Assembly (NCBI RefSeq): GCF_006345805.1
Contig: NC_043007.1
Location: 71,176,001-71,240,000, forward strand
DNA from: Octopus sinensis
Lineage: Eukaryota
DNA: 64,000 nt
Direction: 5' to 3'
Shown here piece by piece: positions 1-12,129 of the stretch (the stretch's first letter is position 1; the number at the start of each line of letters is the position of its first letter). Made by a program: the position numbers and the translations under genes. The notes below the pieces were generated by a model. The model was not told the DNA's origin. It made no database searches and was given only the letters and a program-made list of their open reading frames with translations.

Positions 1-63
1 TGCTCTCATTCTGTTAATTGCAAACAGTATAAGTGTGTATTACATATGTGTGTGTGTGTGTAC

Positions 64-94
<31 letters not shown>

Positions 95-284
95 AAATCT
101 GAGATGTATATATTCAATACATTTGATGTATATACTCTGTATGTCACTAAGTAGTAACATGGTATGCCATGGAATACATACTCACTCATTCTTGAATACT
201 GCTGTGTGCACCCATAAATTCATGTATACATGCAAATGTTCTCATAAATGCACCTACACACACACACAACACACTCTCAAATGC

Positions 285-357
<73 letters not shown>

Positions 358-916
358 CACATGAACATACCAGAAAAATGTAGTAAATGCTTTGAGAGAA
401 CTGTGTAACAACTAAGTACAGATGTGTATAATTAACCTCACTTTATACATGATGCAAATTTATACAATTAATAGTGTCTGTGTGTGTGTGTGCAGGTGTG
501 TGTGTGCAGGTTTATGTGCAGGTGTGTGCAGCCTCACTAAGCGTATTGGACATAAACAGACTTAGGATTATGTAGATAGACAATGTGTGCAAAAGTGTTA
601 TTCCTTGCGCATGAGGTTTGGAACATTGTTCCAAATCCTGTGTGCAGGATGTGGATGAGATTTAAAGATTAGATGGCTGCACCATGAAGATGAGCCTTCT
701 TGGAAAGAAAAACACAGAGAAAGTTATGATAACTCGCTAAATATACTGGTTAAATATCATTAGGGAGATAGATAATCTTAGTGGATTTGAGAGAGGTTTT
801 AATGATTTCAGTTTAGATTTCATTTAGAGAAGCTTCTATCTTTGTTGGTTCCAAAAAGTTTGCTCTCATTCTGTTAATTGCAAACAGTATAAAGTGTGTA
901 TTACATATGTGTGTGT
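1..916 (+). repeat. Direct repeat of ~55 bp (1-56 and 861-916), each copy running into (TG)n
   Basis: TGCTCTCATTCTGTTAATTGCAAACAGTATAA(A)GTGTGTATTACATATGTGTG occurs at 1 and 861 with one indel. Confidence 0.85.
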
Positions 917-1026
917 GTGTGAGTGTGTGTGTGTGTGTGGTGTGTGTGTGTGTGGTGTGTGTGTGTGGTGTGTGTGTGTGTGTGTCTGTCTGTCTGTGAG
1001 TGTGAGTGTGTGTGTGTGTTCTGTAA

Positions 1027-1192
1027 AGTGGTTGGCATTAGGAAAGGCACCCAGCTGTAGTAACCGTGCCAGAGCAGACAGTGGGGCTTGGCACAGTTTT
1101 CTGACTTGCCAGCTCCTGTCAAACCATCCAACCCATGCTAGCATGGCAAATGGATGTTAAATGATGATGATGATGATGATGATGATGACGAT
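1027..1192 (+). mobile_element. SINE/LINE-tail family A copy (3' part) ending in (GAT)n
   Basis: GTGGTTGGCATTAGGAAAGGCACCCAGCTGTAG...CCAACCCATGCTAGCATGG...GTTAAATGATGATG. The same sequence recurs more than 10 times in the window. Confidence 0.85.
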
Positions 1193-1217
1193 GACTATGT
1201 GTGTGATGAATCCCTGA

Positions 1218-1253
<36 letters not shown>

Positions 1254-1256
<3 letters not shown>

Positions 1257-1473
1257 TCATCATCATCATCATCATCTGCTTTCCATGCTAGGATGGGCTG
1301 GACGATTTGACTGAGGACTGGTGAACCAGATGGCTGCGTCAGGCTCCAGTCTTGATCTGGCAGAGTTTCTACAGCTGGGTGCCCTTCCTAATGCCAACCA
1401 CTCTGAGAGTGTAGTGGGTGCTTTTACATGCCACTGGCACAAGTGTCAGTCAGGCGGTACTGGCAACGGTCAC
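1254..1473 (-). mobile_element. Family A copy, inverted relative to 1027-1192
   Basis: Reverse complement of the family A 3' end, starting with (CAT)n. Confidence 0.85.
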
Positions 1474-1503
1474 AAAAAATCTTTTTTCTTTTTAAATATA
1501 TAT

Positions 1504-1615
1504 ATCATCATCATCATCATCATAGCGTCCGTTTTCATGCTAATGGTATCAACTGGGTCACCAACTGCACCACACAATCTGCAGTGTTTTCTACATATGC
1601 CCTTCCTAACAACAT
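1504..1615 (-). mobile_element. Family A 3' fragment
   Basis: (CAT)n followed by AGCGTCCGTTTTCATGCTAATGG...TGCCCTTCCTAAC. Confidence 0.75.
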
Positions 1616-1704
1616 AGATATATATATATATATAAAAATAAATAATATATTCACAAACACACACATGCACACACACATATATATATATATATAATATATA
1701 TATA

Positions 1705-1757
<53 letters not shown>

Positions 1758-1767
1758 ACATATATAT

Positions 1768-2362
1768 TTGCGAAGACATGTTGGGGCAAGCAAAATCGAA
1801 ATCGAATTGAACCAGCCAGGATCCCTGGTCTGGTGGTACGTAAAAAGCACAATCCGACTCATGGCCGATGCCAGCGCCGCCTCAACTGGCTTCCATGCCG
1901 GTGGCATGTAAAATACACCAATCCGACCGTGGCCATTGCCAGCCTCGCCCGGCACCTATATATATACATATATATTTGCGAAGACATGTTGGGGCAAGCG
2001 AAATCGAAATCGAATTGAACCAGCCAGGATCCCTGGTCTGGTGGTATGTAAAAAGCACAATCTGACTCATGGCCGATGCCAGCGCCGCCTCGACTGGCTT
2101 CCATGCCAGTGGCACGTAAAATACACCAATCCGACCGTGGCCGTTGCCAGCCTTGCCCGGCACCTGTGCAGGTGGCACGTAAAAAGCACCCACTACACTC
2201 CCGGAGTGGTTGGCGTTAGGAAGGGCATCCAGCTGTAGAAACATTGCCAGATAAGACTGGAGCCTGGTGCAGCCTTCTGGCTTCCCAGATCCCCAGTCGA
2301 ACCGTCCAACCCATGCTAGCATGGAGAACGGACGTTAAACGATGATGATGATGATGATGATG
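1768..2362 (+). mobile_element. Long family A copy with a 208-bp tandem duplication and ~66-bp subrepeats
   Basis: GCGAAGACATGTTGGGGCAAG occurs at 1770 and 1978. GGTGGCACGTAAAAAGCAC-type units recur. Ends GGACGTTAAAC(GAT)n. Confidence 0.9.
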
Positions 2363-2377
2363 ATATACATATATATA

Positions 2378-2429
<52 letters not shown>

Positions 2430-2908
2430 CACTTCATGTCAGGGGAATGTGGACATTGGAGATTAAAATGAATTTGATTTGTTGAATATGCAATACTCTC
2501 AGCGATGAAAATGGCTGAGCATCAAAGGGATTGATTGGTAAATAAGAGAAGAATTGATTGCAATGGTATGAAGATCTAATATGAACAGATGAGGCCATCC
2601 AGAGGGTATAAAGAGGAGGAAAGCAGCAATGATTTTAGGGAGACTAGAGATTTGGGAGTATATGCTTAAATCAGATGAAATGGAATAACAGTTAAGTGAA
2701 GAACAAGAACAGATGTTGCAATACTTATCCACTTGATAGCAAGAGGAAGAATTCACTGTTTGAATAATGTTATTATTGTTGTTGTTGTTGTTGTTAGTGG
2801 TGGTGATGACAATGACGATGATGATGATGATGATGATGATGACGCCGATGCCGACACATGCCTAAGCTTACACACACTCACACATATGATTAAACACATA
2901 CACACACA

Positions 2909-2945
<37 letters not shown>

Positions 2946-2948
2946 ATA

Positions 2949-3148
2949 CGAGGGGGTTGCTGAGCAGTTCCTAGCTTTAAAGGCATCACAAAAGGCCTGG
3001 TTGGAGGCCTAACCTTTCAACTTCTTTTTACAGGGAACTACTGCAATAAGTGTAAATCCGAGAGGGGAATATGTGGAATAAAATCATTATTAACTGATCT
3101 TCCTGTATTTCTTTTATCCAAAGTCAGGAACTTTTCAGTACCCCCTTG
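2949..3148 (+). mobile_element. 200-bp mariner-type MITE / deletion derivative
   Basis: TA-flanked, with ~28-bp imperfect TIRs (CGAGGGGGTTGCTGAGCAGTTCCTAGCTTT / AAAGTCAGGAACTTTTCAGTACCCCCTTG). Internal AGAGGGGAATATGTGGAATAA (RGEYVE*) matches a mariner transposase C-terminus. Confidence 0.85.
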
Positions 3149-3154
3149 TATACA

Positions 3155-3428
3155 TCATGTCACATGATCATTTGGCTGACCAGGATATCGGATGCTGTTA
3201 CACATCACTGGTCACAATGTACTTTTGCATTATTTTCGCCTTCAAATGACACCATCCTGCTGGCTAGGCAAGCAAGCCATCATTCCCCCTGATCGAAATG
3301 GAGTCAGGAGCAAAGAGAAATAAAGTGTTTTGCTCATGAATATAACACATTGCCTGGTCTGGGAACTGAACCCGTGATCTAGCAATCGTGAGTGCAACAT
3401 GTCTAACCACTAGGCCACATGCTTTCAC
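3155..3428 (-). mobile_element. tRNA-derived SINE family D copy
   Basis: Aligns with 60528-60838 and has a degenerate tRNA-like head at the right end. Confidence 0.75.
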
Positions 3429-6400
3429 CTTAAGAGAGAGTTTAGTTTTTTAGTTTTCAAGGTTGTTGCCATTATTGCCAATATGGATGTTGTTTATAGA
3501 TATCTATTTAAAGGAAGATTAAGTAAAGGCTTCCACCCTATTCTTTATTACTTTCATTATCGTCAATTTATCAGAGATCTTTTACCACAGTTTCTCCAGC
3601 TCTAACTTTAAAATGTCACCACATCCATGCACTAAGTGTTCTTTGAAAGCCTACATTCCTTGATTCTTGTTTGGGCTATGTTGCCATCATCACAGCACAA
3701 TACAACACTATATAGCTATTGTATGCCTCAATAACATTTTTTTTTGTTCAAATTTTGCCTTAGTTATTCCATTATTTACAATATGCCTATAATTGCATGT
3801 CTCACTTTCTTCTTTACTTGAAATATAAAGCCAATAATTGATCCATTTGAGCAAAACCTTTCACGTGTGAAAGATTCGATGTTGTTCATTGATAAGGCTT
3901 ACTGCCTGAAACGAACAAAAGCTGAGTGTTGTAATTCACTTAGTTGTCAATGAATGTGTGTTCGAAACAGTGAAACACATTTGTTGCCACTGGCTTTATA
4001 CTGGCTTTACACTGTTGTTTAAATGCATTGGTGTTCATAATTTCTAAATCTTATTCTGAAATATTGTTTGTCATATTTACTAGTCTCAGGAAGAAGGATA
4101 TTACTCTGTGTGCTGGCACTTCCTATGTTTTCACAGACTGGATTAGTTTCAATTTAAATTCTTGGATCAAGGAAATATCAAACATGAAGAGAATTCTAGA
4201 AGTATATGTTTGTCATAAGGAAGGGAAGAAATGCTGTTTTGTACTCAATTTAATCATACATGATCAATGAGAAAAATTACAATTGATTAAGAGGCAAATT
4301 ATGTCACATAATTTATACAATGACAACCATTTGCACAGTTACATTTTTTGATTCTATTCTACATGAACAATAATGTCCAAACATACTAAAAATAAATTTT
4401 TATTACAATTTTCTAAGATCTCCACTGTCCCTTACAACTTCAATCTTAGAACAGATTATATCATTTTTTCTATGCAAATGAATATACACTTTAATCTTTT
4501 CTAAATCCCACAGATTTAGTTAGTTTTATTTAGCTAAAACAACAATTATGTGATCACTGCCAGAAATGGAGTATTTATGAAATAGAATTTTCACCTAATT
4601 GCTGAGGTTGATGGCCAAGTGAGAGGTATAGAAGTTCAGCGTTCCATGGAAGTACAGGTTCATTACTTAAAAAAAAAAAAAATATTAGAGTAACATGGGT
4701 TGTTGAGAATGGTAAAAAGAAAAGAAAATTTCAAGTGGGGGAAGTGGGAGATTTAGCTGTAAGGTTTTCAGGTTAGTGAGAGCTAGTAGGTAGAAACAAG
4801 ATCGAAGTAGAGACATCCTCTGTTTTGATCATAATCATAGCTTTTAATATTGATTTCTCATATTGATACATGACTGCAAACTTTCAGGAGAGGATACTGT
4901 CAATTGGATTGACCTAGTAGAGTGAGGGCAAAGCTTTTTAGCCTCGTTTGTTGAAATTTTAATTTCTCTAATAATCTGTTATCAAAGTGTCACTTATATG
5001 TATGTATGTACAGATAGATAGATAGATAAGTCAATCCCAGCAGACTTTGAATTTTCATAATTGAAGGATGGAACTAAATTCTATTCAGTATTTAATTCAG
5101 TACCCTAGCATTTCTGTATAATATTAAATATACACAGGTTAGTATTATGGTAGATAGGTGATAGATAGGTATGTTGTTATCAGTTTGTAACATCTGAGAT
5201 TTATCATAAGCTTAACTCCATGCTCAGTGTATCTCATGAACAAATCACTTACAAGCTATAAACTTGCATCTTAAAATTTTTTCGTTTTATTTTATGATGT
5301 TTTTAACACTTATCTTTGATATAGCAACATCATACATACATACATACATACATACATACATACATACACACATACATATAATGCACACACTCATCCATCT
5401 ATCCATCCATACATACATACATATGTATTTCACTTAGAAGTATTACATTTATCGGAAATTTCTTGCATCATATGTTTTGATGTTTGGTTTGTATCTGAGT
5501 TGTTTTGTTTAATTCATCTAATGTGTGTCTGAAACTCTGTTTAGGAGGTGGCTTTTTTTCCAAGACATCTGTTCTCATTAACGTCAACGCACTTGTTCTC
5601 AAATAGTACTCTGATGTGCGGTGAGTTCATCTCAGAATATTTTATTAAAGCACAATTTAAGGCTTCAGAAAATCTATAATTAATGTTATATGATAACAAC
5701 TGTGGCAAATTGTCCAAGCCATATCAGAATGGAGAGCTGACATAATATCAAGATGATGAATATAATTGTTATCATTAATTTATATTCATCATCCTGATTT
5801 CATTAACAACCCATAGTAAGTAAGAAATTCTATATTCTAGCTACATTTTAACGTTAAAACATAGCTTTTATTTTCTTTTTCCTGTACGAAGTGCATCAGT
5901 ATATTTATATTTGATCTGCGATGTACCATAATTTCAGAAAACATTGAAAGCCACTGCTTTAGGAGGAAAATATGGGCTTCACTTTCACCAATTTCGATTT
6001 TGTACTTCCAAAGATGTGGTCAATTGGTGAAACATGATAACCCGTTTCGAAGTAGCCTTAGTTTTGGTTGTTTATAGGTCTAAAATTTTAGGGGGGTTGT
6101 TTTTGTTTTTTTCTTCTTTTATTTTTTTTTAGTGTGTTTCTTCTCTTTTCATTCTTCCGGTAGTTACTTTACAGAAACTCCACTTTGCTACTTTTATGGG
6201 ACTTAAAGTCATGGAAAGGGACATAACTCTAATTTAAATATTAAAGAGTTATGTACCTTTAAAATCCAGGCTAAGTGCAACGTATTGATTTCTAATTTTT
6301 ACATAAACCTCAACTCCTAAAAAATTTGGTGCCGGGGACGGTGATGGGGATGATACAGGCATAAATAAAATAAACTATTTTCTGTTTATGCTGTTAACTT

Positions 6401-6617
6401 ATAAACCTACTCTGACCTCGCCCCGCTGGAGCAACTTGATGACGCTTCTTGAAAGACTTGAATATGCACACAATAAATATCCAAACACATGCTCTCACAC
6501 ATGAACGCACGAACAAGTGTGTGTGTTTGTGTGTGTGTGTGTGTGTATACATATATACTTCGTTTTTGGATTTGGTTTGCAAGGTTCTTTATATGAGTTC
6601 GTGTGTTGAAACATATT

Positions 6618-6866
6618 CTGTTGTGTCTGGGGAGAGTCATTTTCTTTTTGTGCCTTATAATGTAGCACACTCACCAGTAAAATTTCCACTTATTTCTTAT
6701 TTTTATTTTCCTAAAATTTCGTTGTGTCTTGCAAGACTATTGAAAAGGTTGCAAGACGCAAAGAAAATTTTAGGAAAATAAAAATAAGAAATAAGTGGAA
6801 ATTTTATCAGTGAGTGTGTTACATTATAAGGCACAAAAAGAAAATGACTCTCCCCAGACACAACAG
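6618..6866. repeat. Fold-back inverted repeat, ~117-bp arms, 14-nt loop
   Basis: Arms 6618-6734 and 6749-6866 are near-perfect reverse complements. The ORF track gives the same peptide MCYIIRHKKKMTLPRHN on both strands. Confidence 0.95.
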
Positions 6867-7082
6867 TCTGATTCGGTATGATTTTCTACAGCTGGATGCC
6901 CTACATATATATGCCTTTCATACACACACACACACACATGAGGATATATATGTGCTCATGTGTGTACACATACACACATATATGGCTTGGCCAGTGACAG
7001 CTCATGCAACACATACAAGCATAGAAAAGCAGATATGATATGCTGACGATGGTGCATGTGTTACCGACAATGACAATGTCCA

Positions 7083-7137
<55 letters not shown>

Positions 7138-7138
7138 G

Positions 7139-7171
<33 letters not shown>

Positions 7172-7411
7172 TTGTGTGTGTGTCTGTGTGTGTATCATCA
7201 TCATTTAACAACCTCTTTGCATGCTGGTATGGGTTAGATGGTATAAATATATATATATATATTTATACACATATGTATATATATTTACATATATGCACAT
7301 ATACATATATGTATATATATGTATATATATATACATATTATATATATATGCACACACATGCATACAGACACAGGTAAACACGCACACACGCACGCACACA
7401 CGCACACACAC

Positions 7412-7467
<56 letters not shown>

Positions 7468-7757
7468 CAAAGTACAGTTACTAAACAATGACAGTGTTCA
7501 GTGATAGGTTTTGTGCAGATTTCTGTTCCCAATCAGGATTACATCAATGAGATTATTGCTTCTTAGGGTTGCATCCATGGAGATGCATGTGTAGTGCAAG
7601 CAGAACATGTAATCTCTTGATAATGTCACACACACACACACACATACACGCACATGCACACTCCCTTACTGTGGATATATATGCAAACGTATGTATGTAC
7701 ATGCATACATATGTTCCTTTGGGTGTATGTTTATGTGCACCCCTTCACATATATATA

Positions 7758-8099
<342 letters not shown>

Positions 8100-8191
8100 T
8101 TCAACAATTGAGGGCAAAATTATTAATATTAATCAATTTCACCAAGTGTTCAGTATGCAAAGGGACCATCAAGGCGAATTCAAATTATTAC

Positions 8192-8414
8192 ATTATATAA
8201 AAGGGCTAGTAAATAAATTACTTTGCCGCATACTGAACTCATTAGAATAGCAGCTAAAAAACTTTTTTAAACTAGTTCTAATACTTAAAGAAAATCTCTC
8301 TCATATATGAGAGAGATTTTCTTAAGTATTAGAAATGCCTTAAAAAGTTTTTTAGCTGCTCTTTCTAATGAGTTCAGTATGCGGCAAATTATTTTCTAAG
8401 CCCTTTTATATAAT
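8192..8414. repeat. Spacer-less palindrome, ~110-bp arms
   Basis: Centre is CTCTCTCATA|TATGAGAGAG at 8305/8306. The arms ATTATATAAAAGGGCT... and ...AGCCCTTTTATATAAT are complementary with a few indels. Confidence 0.95.
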
Positions 8415-8651
8415 ATATATTATTATATATTATATATATATATATACACGCACAAATACATATGCAAATATATGTATACCATGACTGTATGCGTATGTGT
8501 GTATGTATGTATGTAGGTATGTTATACATATTTTTTAATCATTTTTTTTTTTACTTCTTCAGTCATTTGACTGCAGCCATTCTGGGGAACTGCCTGTGTG
8601 TGTATGTGATTGCGTGTGTGTGTATATAGTATATGTTCTTGTATATGTATA

Positions 8652-8701
<50 letters not shown>

Positions 8702-9294
8702 TATAATATATATATATATATATTATATATATATAATATATACATACATGCACACAGACATATATGTATGAATATACATGTGTCCATGTATATTTGTGTA
8801 TGTATATATATATATCTGTGTGTGTATGTATATATATATATATATATATGTATGTATATGCGTGTGTGTTTATGTGTATGTATGTATGTATGTAAGTATC
8901 TGTGCGTGCATATGTGTGTGTGTGTGGGGCATTTATGTAAGTATATGAAGTTTTATTTTGAATATAGTCATGCAAAGGTACTAATATATTCCAAGCCTCA
9001 TAATTTTCTTCAGGGACTGTTATAAAATTTGAAATGCTTGTGCTCGTGCCACCATAGAGTTTATGATCAAAATAAAACTAATTCTTCTTTATGGTCAGAT
9101 GTATTCACTTTTAATTTTTTTTCGTTTTTCTAACATGTCTTCTCAGTTATTGATATAAGCATTACAGACACACACACACACATACGCGTGCTCATATATG
9201 CACTAATATTCCTAATGTGCATATTTTTTTTCTCAATCACACCCACCCTCTACTTGTATATATTGATATATATATATGCAGAGTATGCATATAT

Positions 9295-9339
<45 letters not shown>

Positions 9340-10360
9340 ATATATATAATATATATATATATATATATAATATATATATATATATATTATATATATATAT
9401 ATATACATGTGTGTTTAGATTTCAAAATTTGCCGTTATTACTCTGAGCAATCTGATGGAGTCTAGGGGAAGTGATAATGATCTGTAAAATAGTAACCAGT
9501 CTTTGATGTCATTAATGTAACACGCTGAAACAGGCTTTGAAATATATCGGAGTCGAAAGTTGACAGCATTGGACTATAACTAAACCAAAATATCTCTCTC
9601 TGTTGATTTGTCTGTCTCTATTTATCGGTTTATCTATCCATCTATCCATCTGCCTATCTATCTATATCTATTTATTTATTTGTATGCACCTCCCCCCAGC
9701 ACTCATACATCAAATGTGCGTGTGTGTGTGTGTTTGTGTGCGTGTGTATGTGTACACACACTATAGGCAAGCATGGACACAACTGAGAGAAGACTGTCAG
9801 GTTTTGGTGCATTTGTTAATGTTTGTCTGGTGGGCAGCTTTTATTTCAGACATGATATATATTGAGAAGATAACACTATTATTATTTGATTTTTTTTTTC
9901 ACTATCTGCATATCAAACTTTTGTAGTTTGGAACAATAAAAATCTCAAATCTATTTTTATCAAAGTTTCCAGACTGTCTTGGTCCCATTCTTCAGAAAAT
10001 GGACATGAATCAGCTTCTGTGCTGTCTTTTGTTTTGTTTATAGAGTGATTGACTTTCATTTATGAAGACCTTACATCTAAAATGTTTTCATAGGTTTTAC
10101 AGGTAGAAGTTGGCCATTTGACCATTACAAGTCCATGTTGGTAGATTTTTATTTTGGCTATTAAAGCTCTACATCATTGGTTTTGTATTTTGCTTGTTAG
10201 AGCTACACCTCACTTGTGACATTCTCGCCTTCTTTGTGACATGTTTATGCTGTTTGTGGGGCAGTTAGTTCAATTAATAAAACTCTGTTGCATTAAGTGT
10301 TTTGTATCAGTTTTATTCTCCACTACAGAATACATCATTTGATATAGATACAAGCAATGC

Positions 10361-10416
<56 letters not shown>

Positions 10417-10442
10417 TAGTAAAGATTGTTTGCCAACATAAC

Positions 10443-10658
10443 ATGGTAGTCCTGGTTTAGGACAAATGTCGCTGTAATTTAGCCCCAGGAGACATTGTGT
10501 CCAGCTGGCTATACGACATGATCTGTGTTCTTGTATTTTAGAAAATATATTTTCCCTTGTTTGAAAATATAAGGGCACATCGTATCATATAGCCAGCTGG
10601 AGACGATGTCTCCTGGGGCTAAATTACAGCAACATCCGTCCTAAACCAGGACTGCCAT
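10443..10658. mobile_element. Fold-back MITE-like element, ~97-bp arms
   Basis: ATGGTAGTCCTGGTTTAGGACAAATGTCGCTGTAATTTAGCCCCAGGAGAC... is the reverse complement of ...GTCTCCTGGGGCTAAATTACAGCAACATCCGTCCTAAACCAGGACTGCCAT. Confidence 0.85.
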
Positions 10659-10996
10659 CAAGATGTAGGACAAGATACTGCAATAGCCTGGGCTTCAGAG
10701 GTCCACAGCTCTTCAATATCCTCCCGAAGGACCTGAGAGACCTGCATGGGGTGGATGTAGATGTCTTCAAAATATAGCTGGACCTCTTCCTGTCAGGTGT
10801 CCTAGATGAACTAACTTTGCGGCAGGAGGTGCAGATGAGGGCAGCTGCATCAAACTCTCTCACGGACCAAATGTCAATTCCTAAAGAGCATTCGTGAAGT
10901 AAAATCATGTAGCAGCACCAAATGGCAGTGCGCCAGCATGGCCACAGCTCGTGAGCTGAAACTAGATGAAATAAAATGAAATAAATGAAATAAAAT
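10655..10996 (+). mobile_element. CR1-like LINE 3' end (ORF2 C-terminus, 3' UTR, GAAAT-type tail)
   Basis: Translates RYCNSLGFRGPQLFNILPKDLRDLHGVDVDVFKI*LDLFLSGVLDE, matching the CR1-clade GPxLFNxLP...FK..LD motif. Ends in ATGAAATAAA repeats. Confidence 0.75.
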
Positions 10997-11221
10997 CTTT
11001 ACTACAAAGTACTGTTGCTGAATATCTCATGTTGTGAGATTTAAAAATAGAAATTTTCTAAGGTAAATAGATGTTAACACCTTGTCTTATATACACTTTG
11101 TAGTTATAAACAGAAAGTGATTTGGACTACATTCATTTCTGCTTTGGGAGTTTATCAGTGATGATTTTTAAATGATTTACATATGAAAATTGACCTGGTT
11201 TGGTCAAAATTGTTGCATTAA

Positions 11222-11445
11222 CCTTTTAGCATTTAAATTCTTCTGTCAAATGTAATGCTTATTTATTCACATTGTTTCGAATTAATCATATATCATCTCA
11301 TAACTTCAAGACTTAAATGATGTGATTGTTTATTTCTAGAATGTCATTGTTGGATAAGAGTGAAAGGCTGGATCTGGCCAGTTTAAATCTAAAACAAGTA
11401 GAATGTTTTTTGGGGATGGATTTAGTCAGTTTAAATGCTAAAGGA
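11222..11445. mobile_element. TTAA-flanked piggyBac-type MITE
   Basis: TTAA|CCTTTTAGCATTTAAA ... TTTAAATGCTAAAGGA|TTAA. Confidence 0.75.
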
Positions 11446-11629
11446 TTAAGTTGTCAGCTACTAAGCTGTACTTTACTCCATTTGAGTTATGTCCCCTTAT
11501 GTTAGGATAAACTTCGCTACTTATGCACATGCATACATACATAGATACATACATACATACATACATACATACATACATACATACATACATCATACACACA
11601 CACATGTATGCGTGTGTACATATATACAT

Positions 11630-11676
<47 letters not shown>

Positions 11677-12129
11677 TATATATATAAACACACATATACA
11701 CACATATACACACATATATGAATATGCATAACAGATACACACATATCATCTTGATCTCCAGTTCTTTTACTCTGCCTGTCAGTTATAGATTTCCATATTT
11801 CAATTCTTTTCTCCTTCCACCTTAAGTATCAGACGTTTGTTTGGTACATCAATTTCTTCCTTTTGTCCCCACTTCCACCACCACCTCCATTCCTGCTGCC
11901 CTTCTATTATGCAGATGCAGTTGTCCTTAATCTGGGCCTCACCTGGTCTTTTATAGAATAAATATGGTGTAATTAGCAACAGGTTTGGCAATCTATGTGA
12001 TACCCATCTCCACCACAAGATATGGATGCTGTTGGACCTCAAAGAGCTGAACTGTTTTTGACAGATTTAGTTATTTAATCCCACTGCATGGCACTCCGTT
12101 ACCTTCTCCCCGAAAGGCAGATTCAACCA

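Noticed and set aside
1768-2190. Regularly spaced ~66-bp units resembling a CRISPR array (also 34015-34330)
   Set aside because: The 'spacers' are homologous to each other, the context is eukaryotic, there are no cas genes, and the units are internal to a retroposon.
3886-3916. TTGATAAGGCTTACTGCCTGAAACG as a hammerhead
   Set aside because: The core is too degenerate (TTGATAA) and no stem I or III was found.
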